Assembly: GCA_012295275.1 (NCBI GenBank)
Contig: CM022679.1
Span: 25,792,001-25,856,000 of the forward strand
Direction of reading: 5' to 3'
DNA from: Chrysomallon squamiferum
Lineage: Eukaryota > Animalia > Mollusca
Length of the DNA: 64,000 nucleotides
Notes under the pieces: generated by a model
What the model was told of the DNA's origin: nothing
Databases searched by the model: none
What the model saw: only the letters and a program-made list of their open reading frames with translations
Shown here: positions 41,701-54,554 of the stretch, piece by piece
How the letters are laid out: each line of letters starts with the position of its first letter
How positions within the stretch are numbered: position 1 is the stretch's first letter
Position numbers and translations under genes: made by a program

Positions 41701-42616
41701 TAAACTGTTTTTGTTTTATGAAAAGAATAAAGCTATCTGATTTATATTTACTGTTGTATACTAATTCATGGTTCACAGTACAGTAAAGATTACAGTTAAC
41801 AAACCAGTGTAAGAATAGGTCCGAGACTCAAGAAAACAGACAGCAAGTGATCATAAACAAACATAAAAATAAAACTTTTGTTGAATAATTTTATCATTTA
41901 TGGCATGAGTGTGTTTAAAATATTTTATTAAAGGCCCTGTTTTATTAGAAACAAAATATCAGTGCATACAAGTAGATGATTAATTTGATGTTGGTGACAA
42001 TGGCTTGGTTGTTGCATTTTTTCATTTCACCTTTACAAAATGTCTAAATGTGTCTAGAGTGAGAAGTGACTTCTCCCTATTTTTCTGTCCTCCCCTATAA
42101 TATCAGTTTACTTTTCAAAATAATGTATTAAGAAATCAGACAAGGTGCATTAACCTACCATTGTTTCTTCTTGAAGTCTTGGAGTATTTCCATACATTGC
42201 CTATGATCTTAGGCAGCTGAACAAAATGGGAGAAAAAAGAAGAAATAATGAATAAAATATATTTAATATTATTATCATTAAAAGTGTTATAATCTTAAAA
42301 GAAGTTTTAATTCTAAAACCATCTACATCTACATGTTCCTGTCAAGACTGAAGGACATGTTTTGTCCTCTGAATTATATTTATAGTGTATTACTCATTTC
42401 AGCAAACCTATAGTTGAATCAATAAATCATTATTATAATGAATTTGTATGTATCTGTCTTACAGACTGTTTTCACCTCTTTACTGTCTCTCAGCTTGTCC
42501 ACACAGCTGACTGAGGAGTACTGTTTATCCAGATCCACGTAACGTCTTCCACACTGGCAATCTTAGCCTGAACCTCTTCTTTATCTTGTTCAACATCTTC
42601 ACCCTCTTCCTCTTTT
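38780..42616 (-). pseudogene. PRPF31: PRPF31 pseudogene: N-terminal exons joined by an internal deletion to the last two exons (39215-39114, 38884-38780)
   Basis: VSGPVEADPEYMLIVA, FPELESLVQ, TPATIMVVSVTASTTQG, then QKLSKQSNGVWGGSTTVKNQVAGTSSSIAFTPLQ and GLEIFSPQAAEKKVQVSNQKYFSSTAGFCKVEKK*. Nop-domain exons are missing and the 5' exons are frameshifted. Confidence 0.9.
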
Positions 42617-44710
42617 CTGAAATAAAGTGAACATTAAAAAATTCATTTTAATAAATATAAGATATATTACTTGACATACTGGCAGGAGTGACATAATTTA
42701 ATATAAATAATAAACAAATGATATTCCATCAAGATAACATTTATGGTTAAAACTATTTCCATTACATGTCAATAAAATGCTAAAAGTGAAGTTCGTTATG
42801 TTTCCTTAAGATGTCATGAATTAAAATAAAATATTAAACCTGAATGTATTAATCATTCAATAAGTTTTAACTTAACAACAACAGTAATACTATTTATAAT
42901 AAATTCTGATATTATATAATAATATCTATAATCACAGTTTATATTTTGTGAATGCTTTTTATACTGAAGAAAGAAACTAAAACTACGAAGATAATCATAA
43001 TAATATAAAAGTTAACACAAGATACAAATTTCAAGTTTGATAATCTCTCGGGACTGAATCATTGCAAAAGTATATACTATATATTCATAATATTGTGATG
43101 AATATCTTTTCTAAATTTTGTAACTCGGTCTTTGAGCTTGAGTGCATGTCCATAATAATAATAATAATAATCATTATAATGGCTATCAGTATCATATAAC
43201 TATCACATTCACAGTATGAGTATCATGAGTACGAGTATCACTGTCACTGTCAGTATCAATGCCGTCTAGTCTACTCGTTAGTATCATTTATCTTTTTTTA
43301 ATTTGGCATTGGAAGGAGTAACATACAAATCTGAATCTGTTATCAAAAAAGAAAACAACTGGTCTTTTCAGAACCGCATTTTTATTTTGTAAATATTCAA
43401 ACCTGTTTGGTCGTTATAGATGCCAAAAACAACAAAACACGGATAACCGGAAATTATTAAAGAGTTATCTTTCGGTTTGGTTTTGCAAATTCCTTTCTGC
43501 ATCAGGGAGACCTAACATTATCGATCGCTCCAGATAAGCAGTTTTGATTAGGTCTGCTGATAGGGGTTTTATTGACTATTTATACTACATTTATTATAAA
43601 ACGAGAGACATTTTCGCAATCACCTGCGAATGACTCGCGAACCTTCAGAGGTTTTACTACGACTAGTTGTTGTCAGACTTCTATTTCTTGTTTTTGCTTG
43701 TTTTGTGTCTATATTTATATATTTTATTAGTAGTAATTTTTAATTTTAATTTCAGATAATAATAATAATAATAATAATAATTAAAAATTAAAAAATATAA
43801 TCACATTTCCCGTGCTATTATTAATGAACTTTTAGTCCTTCTAATAATTATATTATTTCAATACCCCACATAACAAGAAAGAAAAATACCGGGAAGGATA
43901 ATTATATCGATATGCAACGACTGTTTCAAAGAAAATCAAAATATATAAATTCCTCACAAATAAGGTGGATTTTCATAAACTAAACGCCATTCTAACCCTA
44001 GAATTTTGGTACATAAAATATTCCGAGTGTACGACATAGGAAGGGGTGGAGATAACAACTGATATCAGATATTACTGGACATATATATATGAATATTGTT
44101 TTTGGACGATAATTGTTTTTCAGGGCCGCATCAGTGACGCTGCCCAGGAGCCTCGAAAAACTATTTCATTCTCTCGCTCTTTTTTATTTGATAATTTTAC
44201 GGAGATAGGGAGGCATCACTATAGTTATAAAACGTCGAACTACAAAACTGTTAAAATAAACCGAAATGAAAATAATGAAAGTTCGTAATATAAACAAATG
44301 AATGGAACAACAACAAACATATTTAAAAATTATTTTTTATTACATCAAACACTGTGTCTATCAGGTAGAAAGAAGTAAGTAGAAGTATTGCAATCATACA
44401 AACATTGTTATTTTGAGACCTCTACTCTTTTTAAAATAAACTCTATTTTTTTCCCCTCCTATATTGTATTTCTTGTCTTTTTAACTTCAAATTGTACCTT
44501 CTCTGCTTCGTAGTCTAGACATTACAACAAGTATTTTTCATGTTACTGGGTTGAGAACTGCTAAATCTCTCATTAACGGTCTTATTTATTTGCTAACAAT
44601 AAAATCTTAACAAAATAAATACTTGATAAATTTTCGTACGCTCCACATTAGATATTTATATTCATAAATATCACTCGTTTCACAGCAGGAGAGAGGCATT
44701 TTATCAGTTT

Positions 44711-44905
44711 TTATTTTGTCACAGTATTAAGTTGTAGAGAAATAACCGCAGTCTGAAGAATAACCAAAAGTAGTGCAACTTTTAGGTCATTTCCGGCTGA
44801 TTTTCCAATGCAGTTAACAGACAGGAAGTAATCCACTGCTTTTACGTGTGTAGAGTTCATGTCGTACACCATTGTCTTCTGTACTCTGCGGTTGTGATGA
44901 CATCC
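44711..44905 (-). other. Orphan terminal-exon-like ORF with a hydrophobic C-terminus; decayed copies near 8820-8960 and 28420-28602
   Basis: Poly-T tract and ACAG| then GCHHNRRVQKTMVYDMNSTHVKAVDYFLSVNCIGKSAGNDLKVALLLVILQTAVISLQLNTVTK* (65 codons). Confidence 0.4.
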
Positions 44906-45854
44906 CTGTAAAAAAAAAAAAAAAAAAAAAAATAATAATAATAATAATAATAATAAAAATAATAATGTTGATGATAATTATATTATTTATGATAATTATG
45001 AACCGATTGTGATAATAAAAATGATAACTAATGAAAACAGCGATGATGATGAAGATGATTATCATAAACGATGGAATGATTAATGCTACTACTGCTACAG
45101 AACCGTTTTTTTTTTTTTTTTTTTTTGACAAAGTATTGATTAGAAACTGAGTCAGGCATCTCGAAACATTTGTTCGTGACTACCAGGACAGCTAGAATCG
45201 GCATTTTAGCCACGAACAACGAATTCTGAACACATTTAAATAATTTGACTCGGTTTTAATAATGCCAGACTTGACGACTTGAAACCATGGTGCCCGAAAC
45301 AAAACCTCGTTCCCTTCATTATCTATTAAATAAAGTAGAACATCTCTGAAATGTTGGCACTAATAAAGATTTTATTTTTTTATTATTTTCCTCCTTATTC
45401 TTCCTAGTTTGGATAATAAACGTATAAACGTTAGTCAGTTTACCAGCAAGGGTATTGAATTAATTAACATGTTCATATAGAGTATTACAGAGTGTACCAG
45501 ATCAGAACAGTTTCTTTCGAGGTATTTTTTTTAAGCAAATTAATCGTTAAAAATGAAATAAAATTAATGGTACATTTAAACAACAACAACAGATTTTGGC
45601 TGGAGGCTGAGTTACTTCTAGATTATGATCCCCTGAGCCACAGCCCGGTCCTCCCACATGTAAATCCGATGTTGATTCCGTCACAACCATATTGTTATAA
45701 TCAATTTTTTTTTTTTTCGTTGTTGCAATTAGATCGCGCGCGCGGGTGTTGTCCTCACCAGGCCGGAACTACTCTTTCAAGCCGCGTGGCGTTCATTCAC
45801 TCGCCGTATTGTTTACGGGTCGAGTCGCCACAGTTATGTATCATCAATTTTCTT

Positions 45855-47017
45855 TATATTTTTAATTTTGAAATGTTTAGATACGTATTTAGATGCCTTG
45901 GTAACAGAACACCGGAAAATCCAGAAATCCGGAAAAACTCAGGCCCCATGGATAATTGGCCCGGTACCTGTATTTCTCTTGAAAGTTGAAAGCATCTTTA
46001 CATTTTGCCACAGTTTCGTCCAGTCACCGCATGGATAGTGATGGGCTAGCGGGCTTTCGCTGTTTCCATCAAATTATACTTTTTAAATAATCATGTAATC
46101 AAATTTTTGAATATCTGCAAAATGCATGTGATCAGAATCAGACAATAAACCCAGTTCTTTTAAGTTGTATACAAAGTATATTAATTGAGATGGACATAAG
46201 AAAATGACTGTACAGAATTACATGTTTTCTTAAAGGCCCTGTCTTAACAAAATATCAGCGCTTACAAATTATTACTTTTATGATGGAGACAATGGCTTCG
46301 TTGTGTTGCATTGTTTAATTTCGCCCTTTCAAAATAACACTTTGCTCTAATGTGTTTATTTTTCTAGCCCAGCGTGAACATGTAATATCAGTTTACTTTT
46401 CAGAAGAATGTATTAAAGAAACATCACAATGTGCATTAACCTACCACTATTTCTACTTCAAGTCCTGCAATATTTCCAAACACTGTCCATGTTCTTAGCC
46501 AGCTGAAACAAAATGGGAGGAAAAAGACGAAATAAGCAATGAAAAGATATTTAACATTTTTATCATTAAAAGTGTTATAACCTGAAAACCAAGTTTTAAT
46601 GCTAAAACCATCTACATCTACCTGTTCCTTTGAAGACTCAAGGACACTTTTCAGCTTTTTTTTGCTTTATAGTATATTTATGTACTCATTTCAGCACAAC
46701 TGTCATTAAATCAATAAATCGTTATATGTTTCTGTTTGCCATACTGTTTTCACCTCACTGCTTGGCCATACATCTAACTGAGGAGTATTGTTTATCCAGA
46801 TCCATGGTAAACTCTTCCACATTAGCAACCTCAACCTGGATCTCTTTTTCGTCTTGTTCTGCTGATTAGGGTTTTACTGAATATTGATACAGGTACCGGA
46901 TCTTTTATCCGGACTCCTTGGGGCCTGAGTCATTACGGGTTTATGGATTTTCCGGTTTTCTGGTACCAAGGCGTCTAAATATGTAAATAATTAAGTATAA
47001 GCATTTTAAAATTAAAA

Positions 47018-47020
<3 letters not shown>
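45855..47020. mobile_element. Pair of inverted MITE-like ends (45855-45972 and 46888-47020) flanking a PRPF31 fragment
   Basis: ...CCGGTACCTG|TA and TA|CAGGTACCGG..., with ~110 nt of imperfect inverted identity (TTTAGATGCCTTGGTAACAGAACACCGGAAAATCC vs GGATTTTCCGGTTTTCTGGTACCAAGGCGTCTAAA). Confidence 0.65.
46445..46860 (-). pseudogene. PRPF31: Third, more diverged copy of two PRPF31 N-terminal exons
   Basis: EQDEKEIQVEVANVEEFTMDLDKQYSSVRCMAKQ*; nucleotide homology to 23040-23480 and 42160-42600. Confidence 0.75.

Positions 47021-47021
<1 letters not shown>

Positions 47022-47098
<77 letters not shown>
47022..47098. repeat. (AG)n microsatellite
   Basis: Seen directly. Confidence 0.98.
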
Positions 47099-47102
<4 letters not shown>

Positions 47103-48089
47103 TATTTTTTTAAAAGCGCCACATAATATAATCATATCGACATACACACATAGACACACACAACAACAACAACAACAACAGCAACAACTGTTTCAAAGTA
47201 AATTAAAATACATAAATTCCTCACAAATAAGGAGAATTTACATAAACAAAACGTAATACTAATATCATACTATTCAATAATTATTTGAGAGATAAAATAT
47301 TATAATTGTAGAACATAATTCATCGAGAAGAAACAGACCTTCCCTGTCAACACATTTCTCTGTGTTACCTTTTTTCTTTTTATTGTTAAAATAATTCACC
47401 TGTTTTTATCTAGGCAGATTATAGTGGTTTCAGTATTTCGTTTGAATGCAATTCATTCTTAATTAAGTCGTTTGGATATAACATGTTAAATTGGTTCTAT
47501 GTTTTTCATGTCAATACTTTCGAGTTAAAGAATGAAAATGTAATTCAGTCGTATGAACTCTGTTGTAGAATGGGTAAACTGTTTCTAACGCTGATGTGAG
47601 AATATAAGATAAACAGATAATTTTGATATATTAATTAAGATTTCTGTAATTAATATCAAGTATTTTATAAATTCAGATTATTTTATATTTTTATTATTTC
47701 ATATTAAACGGCCCATTTGGCTACTTTGTTATTTTGTTTCTCTTATTACTTCAAAGAATATAACTCATAAGTCATAAGGGGAATAACTCTTATTGTCTTA
47801 TACAGATATTAACATAAAATTGTCCATCTCGTAATTGAGCAACATCAAGTTGAAAATGTATTGTTAAGGAAGTAAATAGTAGAAAAAACAAAATATTACA
47901 GCATCAAATGTATTATTATTTGCAAGTTGTGTCACAAAAGAAAAATCATCAGTTTAAAAATTAGTCTTGACAATTCTTTGCATAAACTATTCTAATCCTG
48001 TGTTTTATTATTTTAATCACGTATTTAAATATTTTACATGCTTACGTATGCACATTTTCTGCAATGGCTCAGACAATGAATAAACATTT

Positions 48090-48905
48090 TCTGAATGTAA
48101 AGTTTTTGATATTCTTATTTTAGTCTTGGCATCAACGACTGGATCACGATTCTTGTCTGATGCTGATTTGCACAGCAGCCAACATCTTCCTGATATACAT
48201 TTTGCGCTCTCTATCTATAGAAATACAGATTAATTTAATTAATATGTTCACTTATCTAAACATGGTAGATTAATAATCTCGTATATTTTAATCACTGGTA
48301 ATACACAAGAGTTTACAGGTTTCTGTAAAGTATTTAATAACATTTTAAAACGATATTAAATATACCTTTGCAATGTGTGTGTGTGTGTGTGTGTGTTTCA
48401 AATGTATTTTTAATGTAGAATTAATTTATTAAAAATTAAGAAATAAAAACTTATGAAAGCTGAAACGTAAATAGAAGAAAAAAAAAGAAAAGAAATTTAA
48501 CATTTTAGAAAATGGACTGTTGATCTTAATCAAATTCTTTTAAATTAACAAGTAAACAAACGTAATTAATTTTAAATAATATAGGTTTCTCGAGATTCAT
48601 AACTGACTAACTTACTAACTAAATTAATAAATAAATAACAAAATGAGGAAAAGAAAAAGAAGACAACTTCTAATGCTAAATTACCTTTTTCCTCTTCTCT
48701 TATTCTTTGATGTCTACATTGGAGCAGGCAGAGGTTTTACAGTTTTCACTGGTGGAAATTCAGTCTTTTTAGCAATTTTCATTCTCACTCAGTAAACCCT
48801 GTGTGTGTTGAGAATGACTCTTCTTGAAGACCCATACAATGTCCGCTACAGTGCTCTAAGAATGAGAATTTTACAGTTTTGCATTTTTAATGTTTGTAGA
48901 CATCC
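48090..48905 (-). pseudogene. PRPF31: Degenerate PRPF31 middle and C-terminal exons
   Basis: CKILILRAL*RTLYGSS..IL.HTG fused to IAKKTEFPPVKTVKPLPAPM*TSKNKRRGKR (Prp31 EPPPVKQVKPLPAPLDGQRKKRGGRR), and YQEDVG...VDAKTKIRISKTL. Confidence 0.8.
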
Positions 48906-48918
48906 CTGTAAATTTAAA

Positions 48919-48950
<32 letters not shown>

Positions 48951-51491
48951 TAATAATAATAATAATAATAATAATAATATAAATAAATAAATTAATTAAT
49001 TAATTAAAAAATGAAAAACGAAGGCAATTTGGAACCTGGTTAAAAATAAGGTGAAGTTTAGTTCGACAGGGCGAGTTTTTCTCCCGCGTTGCCCCCCACC
49101 CCTATCTAATGATCCCTGGTATTAAACAGTTTATGTCCAATAAATAAAATAATATGAAAATGCTTTTTAAACTTGTGAAAGAAACTAATGAAATCTAATC
49201 ATAACAACATAAAATTAAAAAAATATGAAATTAAAAATAAGATGATAACAACTCGAGACTGAGTGAAACTGTGATAGTTTTAAAAAACATGTAACATGAT
49301 GACAATGATTTAAAAAATGTTGACACTTTGTTTTAGAGTCTGATTAGATACATTATGATGTGAAGTTGTTGTTTGACTGGTTACAGTGAGCGCTTGATCT
49401 TTTCGGGTCAATAAGCTTCGCTGGAGCAGTTGAATAACTGATAAATCTTAGGAAACAGGTTGACTAGACAAGCAAAATAATTTAGTTTTATATAATTGTG
49501 GAGTTTAAGTCTACGACAAACGATTTGTCACTCATAAGTCGAGATACCACTGTAAGTATATATATATATAACATGAAACTGTTTAAACTGACACTCGTTT
49601 GTGAAACCAACGAATTTTTCCTTCTCATGATCTTGTTTGAAAATGCCAATATTTTGTTTTTTTTAATAATATCTTTTCATAAAGAAGAGAGAGAAAGAAA
49701 GATTTCATGTTATATTTTATGTTTGCATTATGGCTTAGTTGGGGATTTTGGGGTTTTTTTTAAAAGAATATCTTTAAAAAAATTTGGGGGCGATGAGCTA
49801 GGTTGACCTTCGTGATAGTTGTGCATGATTCGTGGAATTAATACTATTTCAATGTGAGTAGTGTATTTACTGTACTTAGTTTGAAGCAGAAAGCATAAAT
49901 ACAATCATACTATAGCGATATTTCGTTACATCATTTCTCACTAAACGATATACGAACGTGGTACTGTATACATTAATGCGCATGTGTATAGGACACTTAA
50001 CCTAGAATTCTGAGGTATGAAATAAACAAAATATATAACATTCCAGGGTCTATCTGATCTGTTGTTATGCCGTGAACAGTTGGTAGCATTCACTAATAAT
50101 AATAATAAGAAGAAGAAGAAGAAGAAGAAGAAGAATAGAATAAAAGAATGTGATGAGGTACATGCGTACTCTGTTGACAGAAACTTTAGGAAATCGTTTC
50201 CAGCTCCAGAGAAAACTAATATAGAAAAAATGAAATAAAAACTACTAATAATAATAAATTAAAATAACATAAATGAAATAAAATAAAACAAAATAAAAAA
50301 AGAAAGAAGTAACTTTAAACAATATACAATTTAGATGTATTCAGTGTCCAAAACAATAGAAATTTATTTAGTCAGCATATCTTGCCACTACGTACATACG
50401 TGTATACTACATGTAACATTATGGTCGGTTTGTTTCTTTCTGATTTAACGAATGGACATCAGTTTGTGAGCTGAAATGGAACGGACAGCATTATATGCAT
50501 AATCGTACAATCAAAATCTTTGATCTCTACATATTACAGTTTTTTATGTTTTAGGCTCAATAAATGGTTGTTATAATACCAACACTAATAATTCAAACCA
50601 TGCAATCAACAATTTGTTAATACATAAATTCGAAGTTAGTTTTCTAATAATTTTGTTATCTTTTTCTTTTCAGTTGGTAAATTTATCAAAAGTTAATCAA
50701 TGTTCAGATTGCTAGAAAGAGCACTGGATAAGACATTTTCTCATATAAAAAGTTTTATATACACATACACACACAGAAACATGCATATTTTTTTTTTGTG
50801 GTCTGTAAATGCTGCGTTAATGTTTCTGATTATCAGTTTTTAAACTAACTCCTCTCTCTCTCTCACAGAAACACACAGAGACACATATAGACATATTAAA
50901 AAATCTTAATAACATAAAATAAAATAAAATATAAATAACCTATCAAATAAATTTTTAATAATTATTATAAAAGGAAAAAAATAAATAAATAAAGGTATTA
51001 AATAATTAATAAGTACAAGAAGATTTACAAGTTTTGATAAAGCACTTAACATTATATAATTATTATGTGTCACGTATACGTAGCTCTGAACAAGTAATAG
51101 TTCCCAGGGATCTGTTTTACATCAATAATAGCTCTTTCTATAGGTATTACTCTGGGAAAAATAAAACAATAAAAATTGCGCTGAATCATTTTCTTAATCA
51201 GTGACATCTGACAACTGCTCCGAGGTATGAAAGAGACAAAAACAAAAAGATAACGTTTTAAGACTATAGCAAGATTTATGTATTGTGTTAAACCGCTGAA
51301 TCTGCACAAGTAAGTCATGTAACACTCACCACACGTGAAGTTTCGGAAGATCGGCTTACAGTTAACGTTTACAGCAATTCAAAGATGACAAGGCGACTGA
51401 CTCGAGAGCGTGATCCAGGTCTAAACACGAAACCAATATACATTTCAAAGTTTTTGTTTTAGATATATATAAAGACTAAATCCAAAGATAT

Positions 51492-51551
<60 letters not shown>

Positions 51552-52273
51552 TTAATGTTTTTGTTTTGTTTAGTTAATGAGTCTATTGAAACTATGAATT
51601 ATTACATGCACCAAACTTTTTATTCTGAAGTTACTTATATCAGGGAATCAATAAGAGATTGCATGTGGTTTGCAACTGAAAATAAAAAGACTTAACATGC
51701 AGTTTCTGATGGAAACGTTTTAATATTTCCGAGTAATAATAATAATGATAAGTCACCAAAAACAATAATCAATTTAATATATACAAATTTAACTAGCTTT
51801 AAAGTGATACAGGAGTAAAAAATTATAATTATTAAGCTTGAAGTTAACAAATAGGGTGAAATTTTAAAAATAAATTGTCAGTATAAAAGACTAATGAAAA
51901 AACAAAATTCATAAATATAACAATTCATGATAAATAAAATATTGAAACTAACTCTGTAATGTAAGCTAATAGTATATAAAAAACATACTTCCACAGTCAT
52001 TTATGATTACAATACTAAACATTTTCATTATGGATAACCATCAAATGCAGACAGTGTATGAAATATTGTGATATAAAAAATTAAGTAAATAAATAAGTCT
52101 TTAAAAAGGAAAAGCTGAATCAGTCTTGAAAGTTCTTTATCAAAAGAACAGACATCATGTTCATATTTACATGGCCTGTTTATCTTTTGCCCGGCGTTTC
52201 AAAAAAATTAAAACTGAATGCATCAAAATAAGATTGTTTTTAATCAAAGCCAAGTTATTTTGACTTTTAACCT

Positions 52274-52473
52274 NNNNNNNNNNNNNNNNNNNNNNNNNNN
52301 NNNNNNNNNNNNNNNNNNNNNNNNNNNNNNNNNNNNNNNNNNNNNNNNNNNNNNNNNNNNNNNNNNNNNNNNNNNNNNNNNNNNNNNNNNNNNNNNNNNN
52401 NNNNNNNNNNNNNNNNNNNNNNNNNNNNNNNNNNNNNNNNNNNNNNNNNNNNNNNNNNNNNNNNNNNNNNNNN
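52274..52473. other. Assembly gap (200 N)
   Basis: Run of N. Confidence 1.
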
Positions 52474-52484
52474 CTAAGACATAC

Positions 52485-53492
52485 TTTCTGTTTCTGTCTC
52501 TGATCTTTTGACTTTGATCTCTTTCTTCTGTCCCTATCACGATCCCAATCTCTGTCCCTTTCTCGATCTCTTTTTTCCCTGTCACGTGATCTACTTCTGA
52601 CCTCCGCCTGTCACGTGATCGAGATCGCTTCAATCGATCCTTTGATCGCGACCTCCTTGACCTTTACTGGACTACGAGATCGACTTCTTTTCTACGATCT
52701 CTGTCTCTGTCCCTTGATGAACTTCTACGACGATAGGATCTGAAATGAAAAAAAAAATATTTGAGAAAATGTACAATTTAATGTTTTCATTTTGCTAATA
52801 AAACATTTAAAAAATTTAGTTTTTTTATTAAAAGAGGACTGACTTTTTAATTAAAAAAGGAATAGTAATATTTTATGACAAATATATTGTCGTCATACAA
52901 TCAACTCATTTTTTAAAATGGACTATAATTTTCTAAATAATTATGAATGTTTATCACTTTATGCATTTAAATGATACGCTAATAGAAGTTATTTAAGAAA
53001 GATAAATTGGAAACAAATTTCTAAATTCTTTTTGCTTTTGATCATTATATGTATGTATGTATGTATATATATATTTACATAGTTATGTATGTATGTATGT
53101 ACCTTGCATTTATTATGTAAAATAAATTTATGAAGTATGATTAGGGATTAATAATAATATAATATCACCGTGACACTGACTATTGCATGACATAATCATA
53201 ATGTTATCTTTGTTGAACAGAACTATGATACTATCAGAATCTGAGAATGCTTTAATTATTCTGATGAAAACATGCCGTGCATAACCCAGGCCTACGTGAA
53301 ATCACCATGCAGCAACAGTAAATTAATAACGAATGAAGTAAACACTTGTATAATTTGGTACTTGGTCAAGTGACTTGGACTAGAGTTAATACAATTTGTA
53401 CTGAAAAAAAACGAAGTACAAAATACTAAAATAGGGTTCCACGTGTTAATTAATTAGTATATGAATTTTATTCACCTGTTTTCTCTTGGCAT
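52485..53492 (-). CDS. DDX46: 5' end (exons 53492-53476 and 52739-52485) of an RS-rich protein, probably DEAD-box helicase DDX46/Prp5; exon 2 has apparent frameshifts and the gene is cut by the gap
   Basis: ATG CCA AGA GAA AAC AG|GTGAAT joins tttcag|A TCC TAT CGT..., giving MPRENRSYRRRSSSRDRDRDRRK(R)SRSRSP, which resembles the DDX46 N-terminus MGRESRHYRKRSASR. The RS/RD-rich reading needs several 1-nt shifts. No helicase core is visible, so the identity is tentative. Confidence 0.6.
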
Positions 53493-53599
53493 AATGCATT
53501 AACTTGTTAAAGCAATAAGTCAGTATCTTCAGTTCTAATTAAAATTAAAATAATAATTTTTAAAAACATTCAATCCATTATGATTACAACAATAACGAT

Positions 53600-53830
53600 A
53601 AATCGGCGTTTGTGTTACGCCATTAAAGTGCTTTCCGGTTGTCGTGCCATATATAAGTTTTAGTAATATACACTTTAAATAACAAATTTTTGCAGAAATT
53701 AAATTAATATATATTATTTGCCAAATTTATAATATAATGAGGTAATAATACTAATTAATGGGATGAATACGACAAACATAAATGAAATTAAACGCATGCG
53801 CATGTGGGCAGGAACCACGTGCTCTTATAA
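53600..53830. promoter_or_regulatory. Likely bidirectional housekeeping promoter between the DDX46-like gene and GAR1
   Basis: ATGs are head-to-head ~1.06 kb apart. Locally CpG-richer, with YY1-like CGCCATT (53618), ETS-like TTCCGG (53633), NRF1-like CGCATGCGCATG (53793) and E-box CACGTG (53816). Confidence 0.55.
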
Positions 53831-54554
53831 AATAACAACAGCAATGGTTTAAAACAGCAAAGAAGACATACAGTTTTTTTAAATAGCAAAGTATAATTTT
53901 CTATTATATAGCAATTTTACTTTTTAATTTGTATGAGTCGATATCACTTAAATGTATCAAATAATGAGGAAAACGTGTTATGATGTTGAAGCGCGAATTT
54001 CTTCTATGCTTCATTGCTTACAAGTTCAAGAAGTTACACTTTACAATACTGAATTATTATTATAGTGAATACAACTACCAGAGCTAGACAAATTTTGAAG
54101 TCGATTTAATAATATACAAATTTTAAGTTAAATATAATTGAAAATATAATAGACTTTCTTTTCTATTTTGCACCATTTTCCTAACGAAAGAGAAAAGGTA
54201 TAATATACTATCGCTACTCGCGTACTCTGCATTGCATTTGCAGTGCATGAAATTTACGATAACGATCTCGACGAACTGATGAATGATCGTTATCAATATG
54301 AATATCATTATCATGATTAAAAAATCTTTATCAACATATATAAAATGATACATTAATCTGTATTTATGCATTAGCGTGCAGTATTTTAAAATAAAACGTA
54401 CACTCAAGTAACATGAATCATCTACTGTAGTGAAATGTAAAAATAAAAAGTGTAAGTCTTAATTATTATTAGCAGCATTACCCGTAACCTAGTTTTGCCA
54501 TATAATAAATAAAACAGACTTGTTTTCAGATCTGAATCTACAGATACATCTAAA

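Noticed and set aside
53260-53310. CTGATGA...GAAA hammerhead- or snoRNA-like words in the DDX46-like intron
   Set aside because: No supporting stems or box spacing.
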